Part shown: positions 12,954 through 25,540 of the stretch, in pieces | Layout of the letters: the number at the start of each line of letters is the position of its first letter | Numbering within the stretch: position 1 is the first letter of the stretch | Assembly: GCA_013239625.1 (NCBI GenBank) | Contig: MU053557.1 | Span: forward strand, 2,448,123-2,512,122 | Direction of reading: 5' to 3' | Length of the DNA stretch: 64,000 bases | Source of the DNA: Lama guanicoe | Lineage: Eukaryota | The notes under the pieces: generated by a model | What the model saw: the letters and a program-made list of their open reading frames with translations, nothing else | What the model was told of the DNA's origin: nothing | The model's database searches: none | Translations under genes and position numbers: made by a program

Positions 12954-15850
12954 GGCGTCATGTTCCAGAAGACTACTGAGAAGTGAAATTGGTGGGTTGA
13001 AGTTGATGCTCATACAAAATGTATCAGATGTGGCCAGATTTGCCTCTAAACTGGCTGTCTGGTTTTATACCCTTCACATCTGTGGATGAGGGTTTTGACT
13101 TAACTTTGCCCATAGTTGATGTTCTGTTGTTGTAAAGTTTTGACCTTATATTAGATTCAAAGAAATGCCTGCTGAGACTAATGAGTTCGTCACTAATTTG
13201 ACACTTGGGGAGATGCTCCCTCCTTGTTCATGTGGTCCCAGTGAGACTCACCTGACCCCTTTCCCACTGTCCCTGAGTCCCTCAGGGCACTCCCTGCGAA
13301 GTTCTCGTGCGTCACAAGGAACCAGGGTGGGAGCTCTACTGGGCACAGCCTTTGTCACGTTGGTAATCGTGCCTGGAACAGCATCTGGCACAGTAAGTGG
13401 CCGTTTCGTGAAAGATCAGTGCTGGGGCTCCAACAGATCGATGTTTAGTTTGCTAGTAAGTTGGTTCCTTGGAATTTGCTTTTCCCTTTATGGTGTAGAG
13501 GAAAATGAATATGTAATAAGCTACGGTTATATGGCAAACATCGCGCTAACTACTTGACATACATGATCTCATGCGAAGCTTCTCATCACCCTATGAGAAT
13601 ACTGTTGTTCCCATTACGCAGACGGGGGAACTGAGGTAATTGAGCCTAGTTTCACCCCTGAAAAGCTCATGTCCTTCCCACTGCCCAAGAACTCAGTGCT
13701 TCTAGCAGTTTTTTTACTTCTGGGACACTACCGAGTTGGGTTGTTTAAAGATCCGCAAGCAATTAAGTCTATTAACTGTTTTTAAAGTAAAAGCAGGTAA
13801 AGCCGTCACACATTTTCTTGGTATCATCAGCCTGGGGGGCACAGTGCCCTGCTTGGCTCTGAGTTTGCCCCATTTCACCACTAAATAAATTTTCTTAGGT
13901 TGGCCAGGCTTGACGATTGATCACACATGTGATGTTGGTGTATTTAAAAAGTGGGTAATTCATTTGTTAAATGATTACGGCAATTATTAATTTCAATTTA
14001 TCCTGTTTATTGGGAACAGCTGTTCATTAACATTTATTTAACTGCAAATTTTTGAGCCAAACTAATTACCTCAAACATACAGCACAGTGGCATCCTGTAT
14101 AGAGAAGTGCTCTCATGCTGGTGTATAAAAGTAGTGCGCTGTCCAGGGTGTTGTCTTACAGGTGGCCAGGTGGGGGCTCTCCTCAGTTGGAGTTCAGACC
14201 TTAGGCTGCAGTCCTGTCCTAAGAACCTAAATGCTACCAGACACTCTAAGGCCAGAGTGGCAAGTTGGAGCGGATTGGTAATAAAAATGAATGAAACGGG
14301 AAGGTCTCAACTCACACAGCCTCACTGGTCTATATTTGCTTCTGTGCTTTTGATCAACATAGAGTTATGAGAAGTCTTTCTTTATGGTAAGAAATACTAC
14401 TTTAAGCATGGGGATAATGGCCATTGACCCTCAGCCTGAAATTCCAGGGGACAGTAGGGAGTGGTGGGGATTGTAGCACAGTACAGAGTTTACCTTTGGA
14501 GGTGGGGCGGGGTAGGAATGGATGGCAGCTGCTTCCTAGAGGAGTCAATTGGGAACGTGGGCCCCAGTGGTTAGTTCTTTTCATTTTTCAAGAGAAACTA
14601 GATGTGTAGGTTTTTTAATATGAAATCTCCTAAATTTTACATGTTAGCTCAAATGTTGAAATAATAGAGTATATAATAGAAGAATACAGCTGTGGCTTGA
14701 GGGCTGTCCATCTGTAACTTATGGATTAAGTCTTTCCTGAGATCTGTGGGTAAGAGACAGGTGTCTGGTGGACAGACTTGTCTTTTGAGGTTAAATCTAA
14801 TTTATCCGGTTTTCAGTCATTTCTTTGGTTCACAAAATTCTCTCACTAAAAGTAGTTCATCTTACAGAAAATTCTTAACCTTAAGCTTCCTTTTCCTTGT
14901 TTTTAAAATGAAAGGTTTGGGTCTTGTCTTCTGTGAGGTCTAAATCTGACTTTTCTCAGTTGCAACTTTAATATGATTTAAAACTAGGCAAGAGACATGA
15001 ACCTTTAAACTACATAAAAAATACAAAATATTAAAAAAAACCCATGAACCTTAGAGGGGGCGTTAAAATATCAAAACAATTTTCATGTAGGAGCCATTTT
15101 GCTTTGAACCTTGCCCCGCCCCCTCTCACATTTATAGGTAAATCCCTTTGCCGTGGTCCAGAGGATCTCAGTCTTTAGTGCGTATTGAAGGATTCCTGAG
15201 GCCCTGGTCGAAAGGCAGATGCCCAGACCCCCTGAGGTTCTGACCATAAGTGCTGAGCATCTAATGGTAGGTGTTCCCAGTGGTTCTGCTGCGGAGGGTC
15301 CCCGGAGCACACTTTGAGAATCTGTGCCAGATGTTGTGTTTTGGCATTCTGTGTCTGTTTCAATTACCTTCTGTGTCCCCATCCTCCTCCATCACAGGGG
15401 CTAGAAGGCTAAAAGCCTCATTCTCCTGACTCTTTGGCCACTAGGATGCTGGAGGCAGTTTAGGTCTTGGTGAGGAGGTGTCCTTGAGATTCTGAAGGTA
15501 GAAGGGAGGCAAAGACCATTCTTTTATCTGCCCCCCCCGCCCCCCTTGAGGTTTCATGCTGCTGGCGTCTGTGACTGTTGGCAGCAGGTGGACTTGATGG
15601 TTACTGTTTATTCTTTAATATCACCGTTCGGGGAAGCTGTGGCTTTAGCAGTGGTGGTCGCTGTGGAAACAGCAGTAGCCTGACATTTTGTTGGCAGTAA
15701 TCGTTCCTGCTCTCTGGACTGTGGCTGTGGGAGTTCATGGTCTTGAAGTCAGAACCTGTTTCCATCAGCATAGGTGAGGTTCTGCTGGGGTAACAACCAA
15801 CCTCAAAATCCTAAGTGTTTTTGTTTTTTAACAGTAAAGCTTTATTTCTT

Positions 15851-15941
15851 TTTCCCCCATAATGGAGGCACTAGGGATTGAACCCAGGACCTTGTGCGTA
15901 CCAAGCAAGTGCTCTACCACTGAGCTGTAACTCCCAACCCC
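15851..15941 (-). mobile_element. tRNA-Ala-derived SINE (vic-1-like) with 15-bp TSD, nested in an old MaLR LTR (~15765-16255)
   Basis: TSD aaagctttatttctt at 15836-15850 and 15942-15956; body ggaggcactagggattgaacccaggaccttgtgc...ctctaccactgagctg. Confidence 0.88.
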
Positions 15942-16424
15942 AAAGCTTTATTTCTTGTTTCTGCTACGTGCCAGCTGTGGATTGCTGAGGAGCTGCAATT
16001 TGTGTCTCCTCACTCTAAGATCTAGACTGACAAAGCAGCCATCAGCTTAGTCTTCGCTGGCTACCATGGCAGAGAGGTATAGGGACCTGGTGCTGGCAAT
16101 TCAGTGCTCAGACCTACATGCCATACATGTCACTTTCAAAGCACCAATGGTCCTAACTAGTCCCAAGTCCCACCTAACCGCAAAGGGGCTGGGAAGTGTT
16201 CCAAGAAGGTGGAGAGCTGGGAAGACTTGGTGAACAGTCCTTATGACCCCCACAGGAACCTACGGACAGCATTTTAAATTGCATTCAGCTAACTCTTACA
16301 TGGACTTTGCAAGCGTCTCATCCCTGAATTAAATCATGTTCTTCTGAAGATATCTACAGTGGTTTTTGTTTCCTGGACTAAACTCTGAGCAGTGAATATT
16401 ACCTTAGACCTTTCTCTATCACTT

Positions 16425-16510
16425 TATATATATATGTATACACACACATACATACATGCACACACAAACATATATACACACGCATACACATACATACATA
16501 CACACATATA
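16425..16510. repeat. Degenerate (TA)/(CA)/(TACA) microsatellite
   Basis: tatatatatatgtatacacacacatacatacatgcacacac...cacacatata. Confidence 0.8.
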
Positions 16511-17849
16511 AATTCACATAATCTTGAATTTGTATTTAATATACTATATTAAATTATTTTCTTAGAAAATCCTTAATCATATAGTGTTCTCACCCATGGA
16601 GGGCCCACCTTAACTTTCTTAGTTCAGTGCCATTCTCTATGTTCTTGTAACTGTGGGGTATATACCGTCCATCAAAACTCTGGATTTCCAGAGATGCTCC
16701 TCTCTGTCTATGACACCTTCAGCAACCCATCAGGTCACCCTTCCCATGACATCACCCTATAGAGATGCTTCACTCTCTGACCAACCTGTATCATATTATA
16801 GTCAGAGGATGGCCTCTGGAGCTAAGTTGACTAGGTTTGAATCTCAGATCTACCATTTTCTGGTGGGATGACCTAGGGAGATTTCCTAACCTCATGCCCC
16901 TTTTTTTCCTCATGTGTAAACTAGAGGTAGTAATTTCTAATAGACGTGTTTGGAGCAGAAAGCTTTTAAAATGCTGACTGTACAGGCTCAGTAAGTTTTA
17001 ACCAATTATGCAGTGTCCATTGTTTCAGAAATGTGAGCCTTAAATGGGTCTGATAGATGCGTTTTTGGTGGCACACAGACCTGTACAGGTAGCATTTAAC
17101 TCACACAGGTATATATACCCTCTTGCAGTTCTCTTTACATCTTTAAAGGACAAAGTCTTTGTTAGTTGCTAGTATGTCTGTTACCACCTCTTTCACACTC
17201 TAACAAGAATGATACAAATGACTGAAGTTTGAAAACCCCCAATCCAGTCCATTAGTAGACTCCTGCTTTCACTCAGTTTGCTACATCGTCCCCACAATTA
17301 TGTAGCCTCTTAAATGAAGACCTTATTCATAATCATCCAGAGTAGCTTGGGTTTGTGATTTTCTCTAGCAAACAGGGCTCAAGAGTGAATATTGATCTAG
17401 AATCACCTTTCTGGGGCAGATTCCCAGGTTAATAGGTCTTGCTGAATTTTACCAGTTTGCTCCTAGACACATCCTTACCAACCAGTTAAATTAACCTTTT
17501 TCGTTTCCCTCCAAGCTCAGTTCTCCTACCTCTCTGATTTGTTTCTGTCGGTAGTGCCACTATTTTGCTGGATAATTTCATATTTCAGCGTATCAGGAGT
17601 GGCTGCCTGGAAAGAAAGTTTCCTGCAATCTTAAGAGTAGAATGGAGATTGGTTATTTTCTGCCTTGGGTACAGAGCAGGTGAGAGTTGGCCAGCTTGAG
17701 CAACTCCTCACCTACTTCTGAACTGGACATCTTGTCCCTTTTCTCTGGCTTTATTTCCTTCATTATGTCTCCATGGGCTATATATGTCTTCACTTTCCCA
17801 TCAGTCCAGCTTCTCTTCCCCTTGAAGATCCAATGAAAACCCTATATTT

Positions 17850-18745
17850 CTTTTTTTAAAAAGACTTTTTTTTCCTAGAGCTATTTTAGATTTACAACAA
17901 CATTTAGAGGAAGGTACAGAGATTTCCTGCATCCCCTCTGGCTCCCACACATGCATAGCCTCCCCTGTTATTAACATCACTTACCAGAATGGTACATTTT
18001 TCACCTAGGATGAACCTGCATTGACACATCATAATCACTTGAAGTCCATAGTTTACTTCAGGTTTCACTCTTGGTGTTGTACATGCTATGAGTTTGGACA
18101 AATGTATAATGGCATGTGTCTGTCATTATATCATTCGCAGTATTTTCACTGCCCTGAAAATCCTCTATGCTCTGCCTATTCACATGCTCCAACTTCCTCA
18201 TAACCACTGATCGTTTTTTCTCCATAGTTTTGCCTTTTTCCAGAACCTTGCCTTTTTTTAAAATATCTAATTGGAATTACATAGTATGATTTTCGAAGAA
18301 GTAGCCCTTTCAGATGGGCTTATTTCACTTAGTAGTATGCATTTAAGATTTCTTCACGTCTTTCCATGGCTTTAGAGCTCAGTCTTTTGTCTGGATATAT
18401 CACAGTTCATTTATCCATTTACCAACTGAAGGATATCTTAGTTGCTTCCAAGTGTCGGCAATTATGAATAAAGCTACTGTAAATCCATGTGCAGACTTTG
18501 TGTAGATAGAAGGTTTTAAGTTCTTTGGGTAAATACCAAGGTACATGATTGCTGGATCATGTGGTAGGAGTATGTTTAGTTTTGTAAGGAACTGTCTTCT
18601 TTGAAACTTTGGAAGGTGTCTTCCACAGTGGCTGTACCATTTTGCATTCCCTCCAGCAGTGTATGAGAGCCCCTCTTGCTTCGCATCCTCATCAGCATTT
18701 GGTGTTGTCCATGTTCTGGATTTGGGGCGTTCTAATAGGAATGTA
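17850..18745 (-). mobile_element. Old LINE-1 3' end and ORF2 tail (L1MC-like)
   Basis: ORF 18400-18825 contains degraded ORF2p (FLTKLNILLPHDPAIMYLGIYPK...); the 3' UTR is similar to 2985-3495. Confidence 0.85.
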
Positions 18746-19561
18746 GTGAACCCTACCTTTCTTGACCCAGTCTTAGTCATTTTTGTTTCCCACACAATGC
18801 TGAGTGTATAATAATTGCTAAACATTTGTTAAATGAATAAGAATATGCCTTCTGTTGTTGCCTTGAACAGCCTACATACTTTTTCTAACTATTTATGAAT
18901 TTGTATTGTCTTCAAAACTAGGTGGGTATTACGGAGGGCAGGGATGAACCAGACTGCATTCTCATTTGTATACTCTTCATGGTCTTGTTCATAGAGGTTT
19001 GATCAATAGTATTTGACTTGGAAATTGTTGTTCTGGTTTTTGGCATGCCAGGGGTGGGTCTAGGGGCATGTATACTTCCCAGCCTGTTGTTAATAATGGT
19101 GTTCAGGGACCTTAGAAGTTCTGAGGCAGGAGTGAGCATAAGGCAAGTTGGATGACTGCCAGACAAAATATCCTTCCTCTCCACCTACCCCCATCCACTC
19201 TTCACCTTGGTACCAAGTTGCAATCTTTGGGTCTCAGCCTGTTGGCCAGCGCTTCCTCAGAGAAGCCTTGGTCTTACCTGAGTAGTCCTCCCCTCTGATA
19301 GTACTAGTAACGTTTTCTACTGTGCATTTCTGTTATACAAGCATTAGCTTTTTCTTCCACTAGCCTGGAAATTCCCAGAGGTCCCTGATTGTCTTTGCTC
19401 TTTGTTGTGGCCCCAGAACTCGGTATTGTTCCTGGCAGATAGCGGGCATTGAGTCGGGATTGTTTGGATGAAGGAATAACAACCCAGCACATTAACCTGT
19501 GAATTTTGATGAATTTCTATCATTTAGCGTTACCACTATCACAACTTGGATATCGGCTTTA

Positions 19562-19680
19562 TTTTATTTTATTAAAAAAATTTGGGGGGATGTAATTAGA
19601 TATTTATTCATTTATTTATTTTAATAGAAATAGTGGGGATTGAACCCCAGACCTTGTGCATGAGCCATACTCCCACCCCC
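19562..19680 (-). mobile_element. Degenerate vic-1-like SINE with internal deletion
   Basis: gggggatgtaattagatatttatt...ggggattgaaccccagaccttgtgcatgagccatactccc; lacks ~20 nt present in the 9097 copy. Confidence 0.7.
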
Positions 19681-20324
19681 TACAGCTTTAATATATTAGG
19701 ACAGGTGGATGATTTGGCATGGTGGGGAGGTGAAGTATGGCATCTCTAAATAATTATGTATTCTAGATTCCAGTAACCTTCAACTCACTGCTAAATTTTC
19801 TATTAGCATCACTAAAATTTTACCGAATATAGAATTTGGTTGGTTTCTTCCTTCCTTCCTCTTTCTTTTTCTCTCTCCCCTCCCCTTTCCTTTTTTAAAA
19901 CTGCAGTGGCCCTTCTGAGCCTTTCAAGGCCTCAGATTCATCATTTACAGACCATCATGTCCCTTGGCTGTGAGGAGGGACCAAACAATACAGGGTCAGC
20001 TTAGGACTGCCAGAGGCAACTCAAACCATACATTTTTAAGAGAACACTTCTCTTCCTCTGCAACATCAGAATGACTTCAGAACCATGGTTTCCAAGGTAG
20101 TATTTCACTTTTAATTTTAGCACTAAGCCACTGACTAATAGGACTTGAACCTATCGAGAGAACTCTGCCCTTAAAAAAAAAATCTCCATGGTACACAGCA
20201 GAGAGATGCAAAGAGTTAATTGCCACCTTCAGGCTTCATTTTCTGCATAGTTACGCTGGGCTAATATTTAGCCTTCAGCCATGTTTTTGATGCAAACAGT
20301 ATGCAAAGTACCCATATCCATTTT

Positions 20325-20532
20325 TAAAACATTTTTTTCATTGAGTTATAGTCATTGTACAATATATGAAATTCCAGTGTAGAGCACAATTTTTCAGTTA
20401 TACATGAACATACATACATTCATTGTCACATTCTCTTTCGCTGTGAGCCACCACGAGATCCTGTATATATTTCCCTGTGCTACACAGTACAATTTTGTTT
20501 GTTCTACATTTTGAAATCCCAGTCTGTCCCTT
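20325..20532 (-). mobile_element. Short LINE-1 3' UTR insertion with TSD
   Basis: cattgagttatagtcattgtacaat...ttccctgtgctacacagta...; TSD tacccatatccatttt (20309-20324) / tacctgtatccatttt (20533-20548). Confidence 0.85.
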
Positions 20533-22357
20533 TACCTGTATCCATTTTAGATGATGGGGTTTGAGACTGCACGTGAACCTCAGGAGGGCCTCCGATCTCT
20601 TTCCTACACATGGGACTTGAGGCAGGTCATTAAAGCAGAAGAACTGTTATGTGCAGAGCCGAGGAGCCCGCTCGTGGTGTGGTGGAATCTGGGAACTGCG
20701 AGGGAGGCCCTGGCATCACAGTGCCAGTTTCGCTGCAGAGCAGATGATGGTCGTCGGTGTCTAGGCTGCCGGTGATCTCAAGGCCTGTTCACAAGTGGCC
20801 TTGATAGTCTCAGTGCTTCCTCAGAGGTGCTGCCTTGTATGTTGAATGTCTGTAGTTCCGCCCTCTCCCCATGACCCTCATCACGAATTCATCTAAAATG
20901 AGTATCTTTATCATCTGCCTGGATCACCCCCGGTGTCCAGAGCGATAGTTGCTGAAAATAATGCTAATTATAGCAATAATAATAGCTGCCATTTATTGGC
21001 CATCTGCTAGGTTCTAGCAAGTGGCTAAGGGCTTTCTGTGCATTTTGTTCATTTTCCATAACCATCCTGTTGCGGGCATTTCTCATGGGGGAGAGATGCC
21101 CTGGTGCATGTCTTCACGTGACCCTCCCTTGTGTGGGGAAATCCAGACAGAGCCCTACTCCAGGGTGCCTCACCTTCCCTTTCCCTGCCTCTGGCAGGCA
21201 GTTCAGCCATCAGGCACTAGGTTGGATTCTTTGAATGTGAGCCTGAGCCAAGAGACGAGAGGGTGGAGACAGGATAGCAGAGTATGTCTGTGCTGCCGGT
21301 AGCTGCATTCTGGACAGATGTACTGCCCCGTCTTCAGGGCACTCGGGGCTCCTACTGCTCCTCCATGTGTGCACATCTTGACATCTGTAGATTGTAATAC
21401 AGTCTTCTTGCTTGCAGCCAAGTACCCCGTCACATCTATGAATTGAGTGCTGTTATTCTGCCTATTTGACAGGAGAGGAGATTGAAACTTATATAAGGCA
21501 ACTAACTAGACCAAGGTCACGGATGAGTGTGTTGCAGGGCTGGGGCTCAAATCTCAGACATTGGATACCAGAATCTGTTCCTTCCACTGGCCAACTAAAG
21601 GGACTGTCACCTCTGCTTGCCTGGCCCCTTAGCCGGGTCACAACATCTGAGAAAGACAACAGAATGGCCTGTTCTTCAGAAAGGACGCAGGACTAGGTGT
21701 TGCCTCCCTTTAATGGATAAGAACTGCCTTGATTTTCTTTACTGGGCTTGATCTATTCGATTTCCCGCCCATTTTGTTCATCCCTCTTTCCCCCACTTTA
21801 ATGCAACAAGGGATTGCCAACCCATGAGTGATTTTAAATTAAAAACTATTTTTTTGTCTCTTAAAATGCAAAGCTACAATTACAAGAAAAAAAAACAAAA
21901 CACAACTGCATAAGACTTTATCACTGGAGCCCCAAGACAGGAAGCAGCCATAAAACAGTGACATGCTGGAAACAAATTACACGCATTTATCAGTAAATGG
22001 GGCTGTGTATGCTAATGGGATTCGGCTTGGGAAGGGGGGGGGGGCTGGCTGCATCAGGCTGGTTAAAAGCACAATTCATTACCAGGAGCCAGTGAAGGAT
22101 AGAGTTGCCATGTTTAGTGCTTGCTGTGGGTCCCACAAGAGCAGCTGGGCGTGTGCATTTACTTTTGGAATGAATTCTTCAGAACTATGGTTGGGAAGGG
22201 CTGGCATCGAGACTTCTGGGAAAATAGGGCCATGGTGACCCGGCCAAGGCAGGGGAGACTCAGACTAGCGCTTACCGAGACCCTGGGATTGGCAAGGACT
22301 GTGCTAGGAGGTTTCCTTGCTTTTGCTTTGTTATTTAAACATCAAGGCAACTTTTTT

Positions 22358-22530
22358 TCAGTTTTTTTATTATTTTTTATTGAAATGTAGTCAATGTACA
22401 ATGTTAGTTTCATGTGTATAGCAAAGCGATTCAGTTATACATATACATATAAATATATATTTTAGATTGTTTCCTTTACAGCTCACTACAAGAAATTGAA
22501 CATAGTTCCCTGTGCTGTACAATAGGTCTT
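22358..22530 (-). mobile_element. Short LINE-1 3' UTR insertion
   Basis: ttattgaaatgtagtcaatgtacaatgttag...gaacatagttccctgtgctgtacaataggtctt; imperfect TSD aggca(a)cttttt. Confidence 0.8.
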
Positions 22531-22665
22531 GAGGCACTTTTTTTGATGCATGCAGTATGAACCCCATTGTATAGGGGAAGAAATTGCAAATTTAGGAAGG
22601 TCAATTGCTGAAAGTCACATAAGGACGAATAAGTAGGTCTTGAACCCAGTTTTTACTCTAGAGTT

Positions 22666-23190
22666 TGTAAATGAAAAATGTTGCCTGCTATATCAGCAAA
22701 CAAAGGATGCTACAGTCGTCAAGTGAGCTACTATAACCACCCCCACCCCTGCGGGTGAGCTGGAGGGAACTCAGGATGGAGACAAGCACGCTGCCCACAG
22801 CCAAGTTCTCAGCCTCTGCAGCCACCCACACAGTGCCCCTTGAGGGGACACAGGATGGGAAAGAACAGCACACTGACCCTAGACCGCTAAGGTGCAGATC
22901 GAAGAAATTACTTCATTTAGCCCAGACTCTTGCATTCTCCCATGCATAGAAAAGCACTAAATTCCTTAACTTGAGATACCTGGTTTTCTTTAATTAATGG
23001 TGAAGTTTTGATGTTCTGACTACCTGGTCTTTGCTGCAAAAATTCCTGTATATCCTGGCTTCTCCCCTACCTCTTTGGAGCAGTCCCTTAGAGAGATCTG
23101 AGAGGCTACCTCCAGGGTTTGAAGTCCTCAGAAAGTCTGCCAAATAAAACATCTTTCAACTTTCAGCTTATGCATCTTTTTTAGTTGACA
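22666..23190 (+). mobile_element. ERV1-type solo LTR (~525 bp)
   Basis: TGTAAATGAAAAA...TTTTTTAGTTGACA imperfect inverted termini, 4-bp TSD agtt/agct, TATA-like tgtatatc and AATAAA ~45 nt before the 3' CA. Confidence 0.75.
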
Positions 23191-24889
23191 AGCTGTATCT
23201 TATGACCTTGGCAATTACTGTATCTCACAGGACCTGCTTCTGAGGTAGAGGACCTCCAGGAGTCAAAGGATGCATGGGCATGGGCTTGAAATTGGGTAGA
23301 CCTGGTTTCAGGTCTCTTCCTCTGACTATCTGTATGGCATCTGACAAGTAACCTCTCTGAATGTCCGTTTCTTTGTTTGTTACGTGGAGTTTTAATGATT
23401 TGTCAAAATGTAATACAATGGCACCAATAAATGACACAGTGTGGGACACACGCTGACAGTTGATGGTCGTGGACCTTGCTGTTATTATTTAACTTTGCCT
23501 TTGAGGGTTATACATTCTTGGTGTTTATCTCCCTCTGTTCATCTAAAATACTGCTGGGCGTGCTTTTCCTAGCTCGACATTCTTCAAACTGTCGTCCCAA
23601 TTCACGGGCATGTTGAGAGTCCTCATGTTAATGCTGTGAGGCTAGGGGCTGCCAGGAAAGCAAGTGAGAATGGGACCGTGTCTCCTCCTCCTCTTTCTTC
23701 TCCCACCTCCTTCTCTTACTCCATGTGATAGAAAATATAATTTAAACAACTTTGAGCAAAAATATCCCTGTGCTCAAGTGAATTTGGCTTCAGACTGTGT
23801 GATCCAGGCTCAGACAAACTACACCTGGTTCTGTCTGTCCCTCTGTACCTTAGCTCAGTTCACACAGATGAGTGCTCGCTCTCAGGGTGGGAAGGTAGCA
23901 GCCATTCCAAGGCTGCAGCCCATCAGGTTCATGTCCTGGGGAAAAGAGGGAGAACTCTTCAGTCCCAGGATTCATTCTGGATCGATCGTCTGAGTCAAGT
24001 GCCCCAGCCCCACTGCTAAGCCCAAGGGGACAGATAGATTGATGGGCCCCACAGAGGTGGGCTCCACCCAAAGCACTGCACAGAGAGTGAGGGAGGGGCT
24101 CCCTCTGGAAGGAACCAGGGTGGGCCTTCAAAAGGAAGGGTGCAAAAGTAACAGCACACTGACAGTAAGAGCAGAAACTTAGAGTCTGGAGCAGGGGAGG
24201 CAAAAAAGCAAAAACAAATTCCAAAATATGTGGGTCTCCATTTAGGTGGGTAAATTTAATGAAACTTGAAGGTCTAAAATACAAGAGATGCCATGTTTTT
24301 TAGGTCATATATCTCTTTATATAAAAATTTGAACAAGAAATCTTAGCTTATATATATTTATTTATAAATCACATGTCTATTACTTATTCCATACTGGGTA
24401 AATATTAGTAAAGTATAAATGCTTATTTTTTTTCACTGAAACAATAAATATTGTCATACCTCAGTGGACCAATTGGTATTTTAGTGACCGTTGGTTTGGT
24501 TTAGAAAATAGGGAACCTCTGAGCATTCAATAAAAAGTCTGAGAAAACATTTCTCCAGGGCTACCTACCCTGGCTTCTATACACGGCCTTCAGATCACTT
24601 TTTACCCCTCTGGGATCCAGTGCAAAATAGTCATTTTTCTGGAGTTTGAGTTTGTTGCTTGAATCAGATCCTCAAAGATTAAGATCTAGGGACAAACCCA
24701 CTAATCTAATCTAGCTGCTTCACAAGACAGAACAGAGAGCAAACTGCCAGAGTGAAGGCAGTAAATTCAGAACTGAGATGGAATTTGCATTTACTGAGTT
24801 CCTATTTCATTGCTTTTGGGATTGCACAGATTTGTTTCCGTCTCATTTTTCAGAATTAGGTATTCACAAAGAAAACCATATGAATTCCC

Positions 24890-25540
24890 TCTACTTTATG
24901 AAGGAATAGTTTACATAGAGTAAAATGCACAGATCTTAAATGTACAACTTGATGGTTTTGACAAATACATCTGTGTAGTCACCTGGATTAAGATGTAGAC
25001 GTTGTCCATCACTTTTCAGTCTTCCCTTGTTCCCTGTTGCAGGCAATCACACCAGAGGCAATCACTATTAGAATTTCTGTCACTGGAGATTGTTTAGTCT
25101 AGTTCTGAATTTTATGGAAATAAAGTCATACAGTGTTCATTTTTTTTTTTTGTGACTGATTTCTTTCATTCAGCATAATGTTTTTGACTTTCATCCAAGT
25201 TGTTGCTTGTAGTAGTCCGTTTTAACTGCTGAGAAGTATTCTATTGCATGGATAGACCACGGTACATCCATTCTCCTGATAATGGATATTTAGATCATTT
25301 CCATCTTGTACTATTATACATAATGCTATGGACATTCACTTAGATGTATTTTGGTGAACATATGCACTCACTTCTCTTTGGAATATGGAGTGAAATTTAC
25401 GGGTCATAGGGTAGGAAATTGCCAAACTTTTCAAAAGTAATTGTACCATTTTACATTTCTATCAGAAGTATGTGGAGTCCAGCTGCTCTGTATCCTTGCC
25501 ACACTTGGTATTGTCTTTTAAAATTTAGCTGTGCTAGTGA
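24890..25540 (-). mobile_element. Old LINE-1 3' end (L1MD/ME-like)
   Basis: ttacatagagtaaaatgcacagatcttaaatgtacaacttgatg...ttgtaccattttacattt...ccttgccacacttggtattgtc. Confidence 0.75.

Noticed and set aside
15049..15064. Additional CTCF-like word ccttagagggggcgtt (also ctcctagggggcgg near 53928)
   Set aside because: The 5' half of the core is mismatched; too weak to call without a PWM score.
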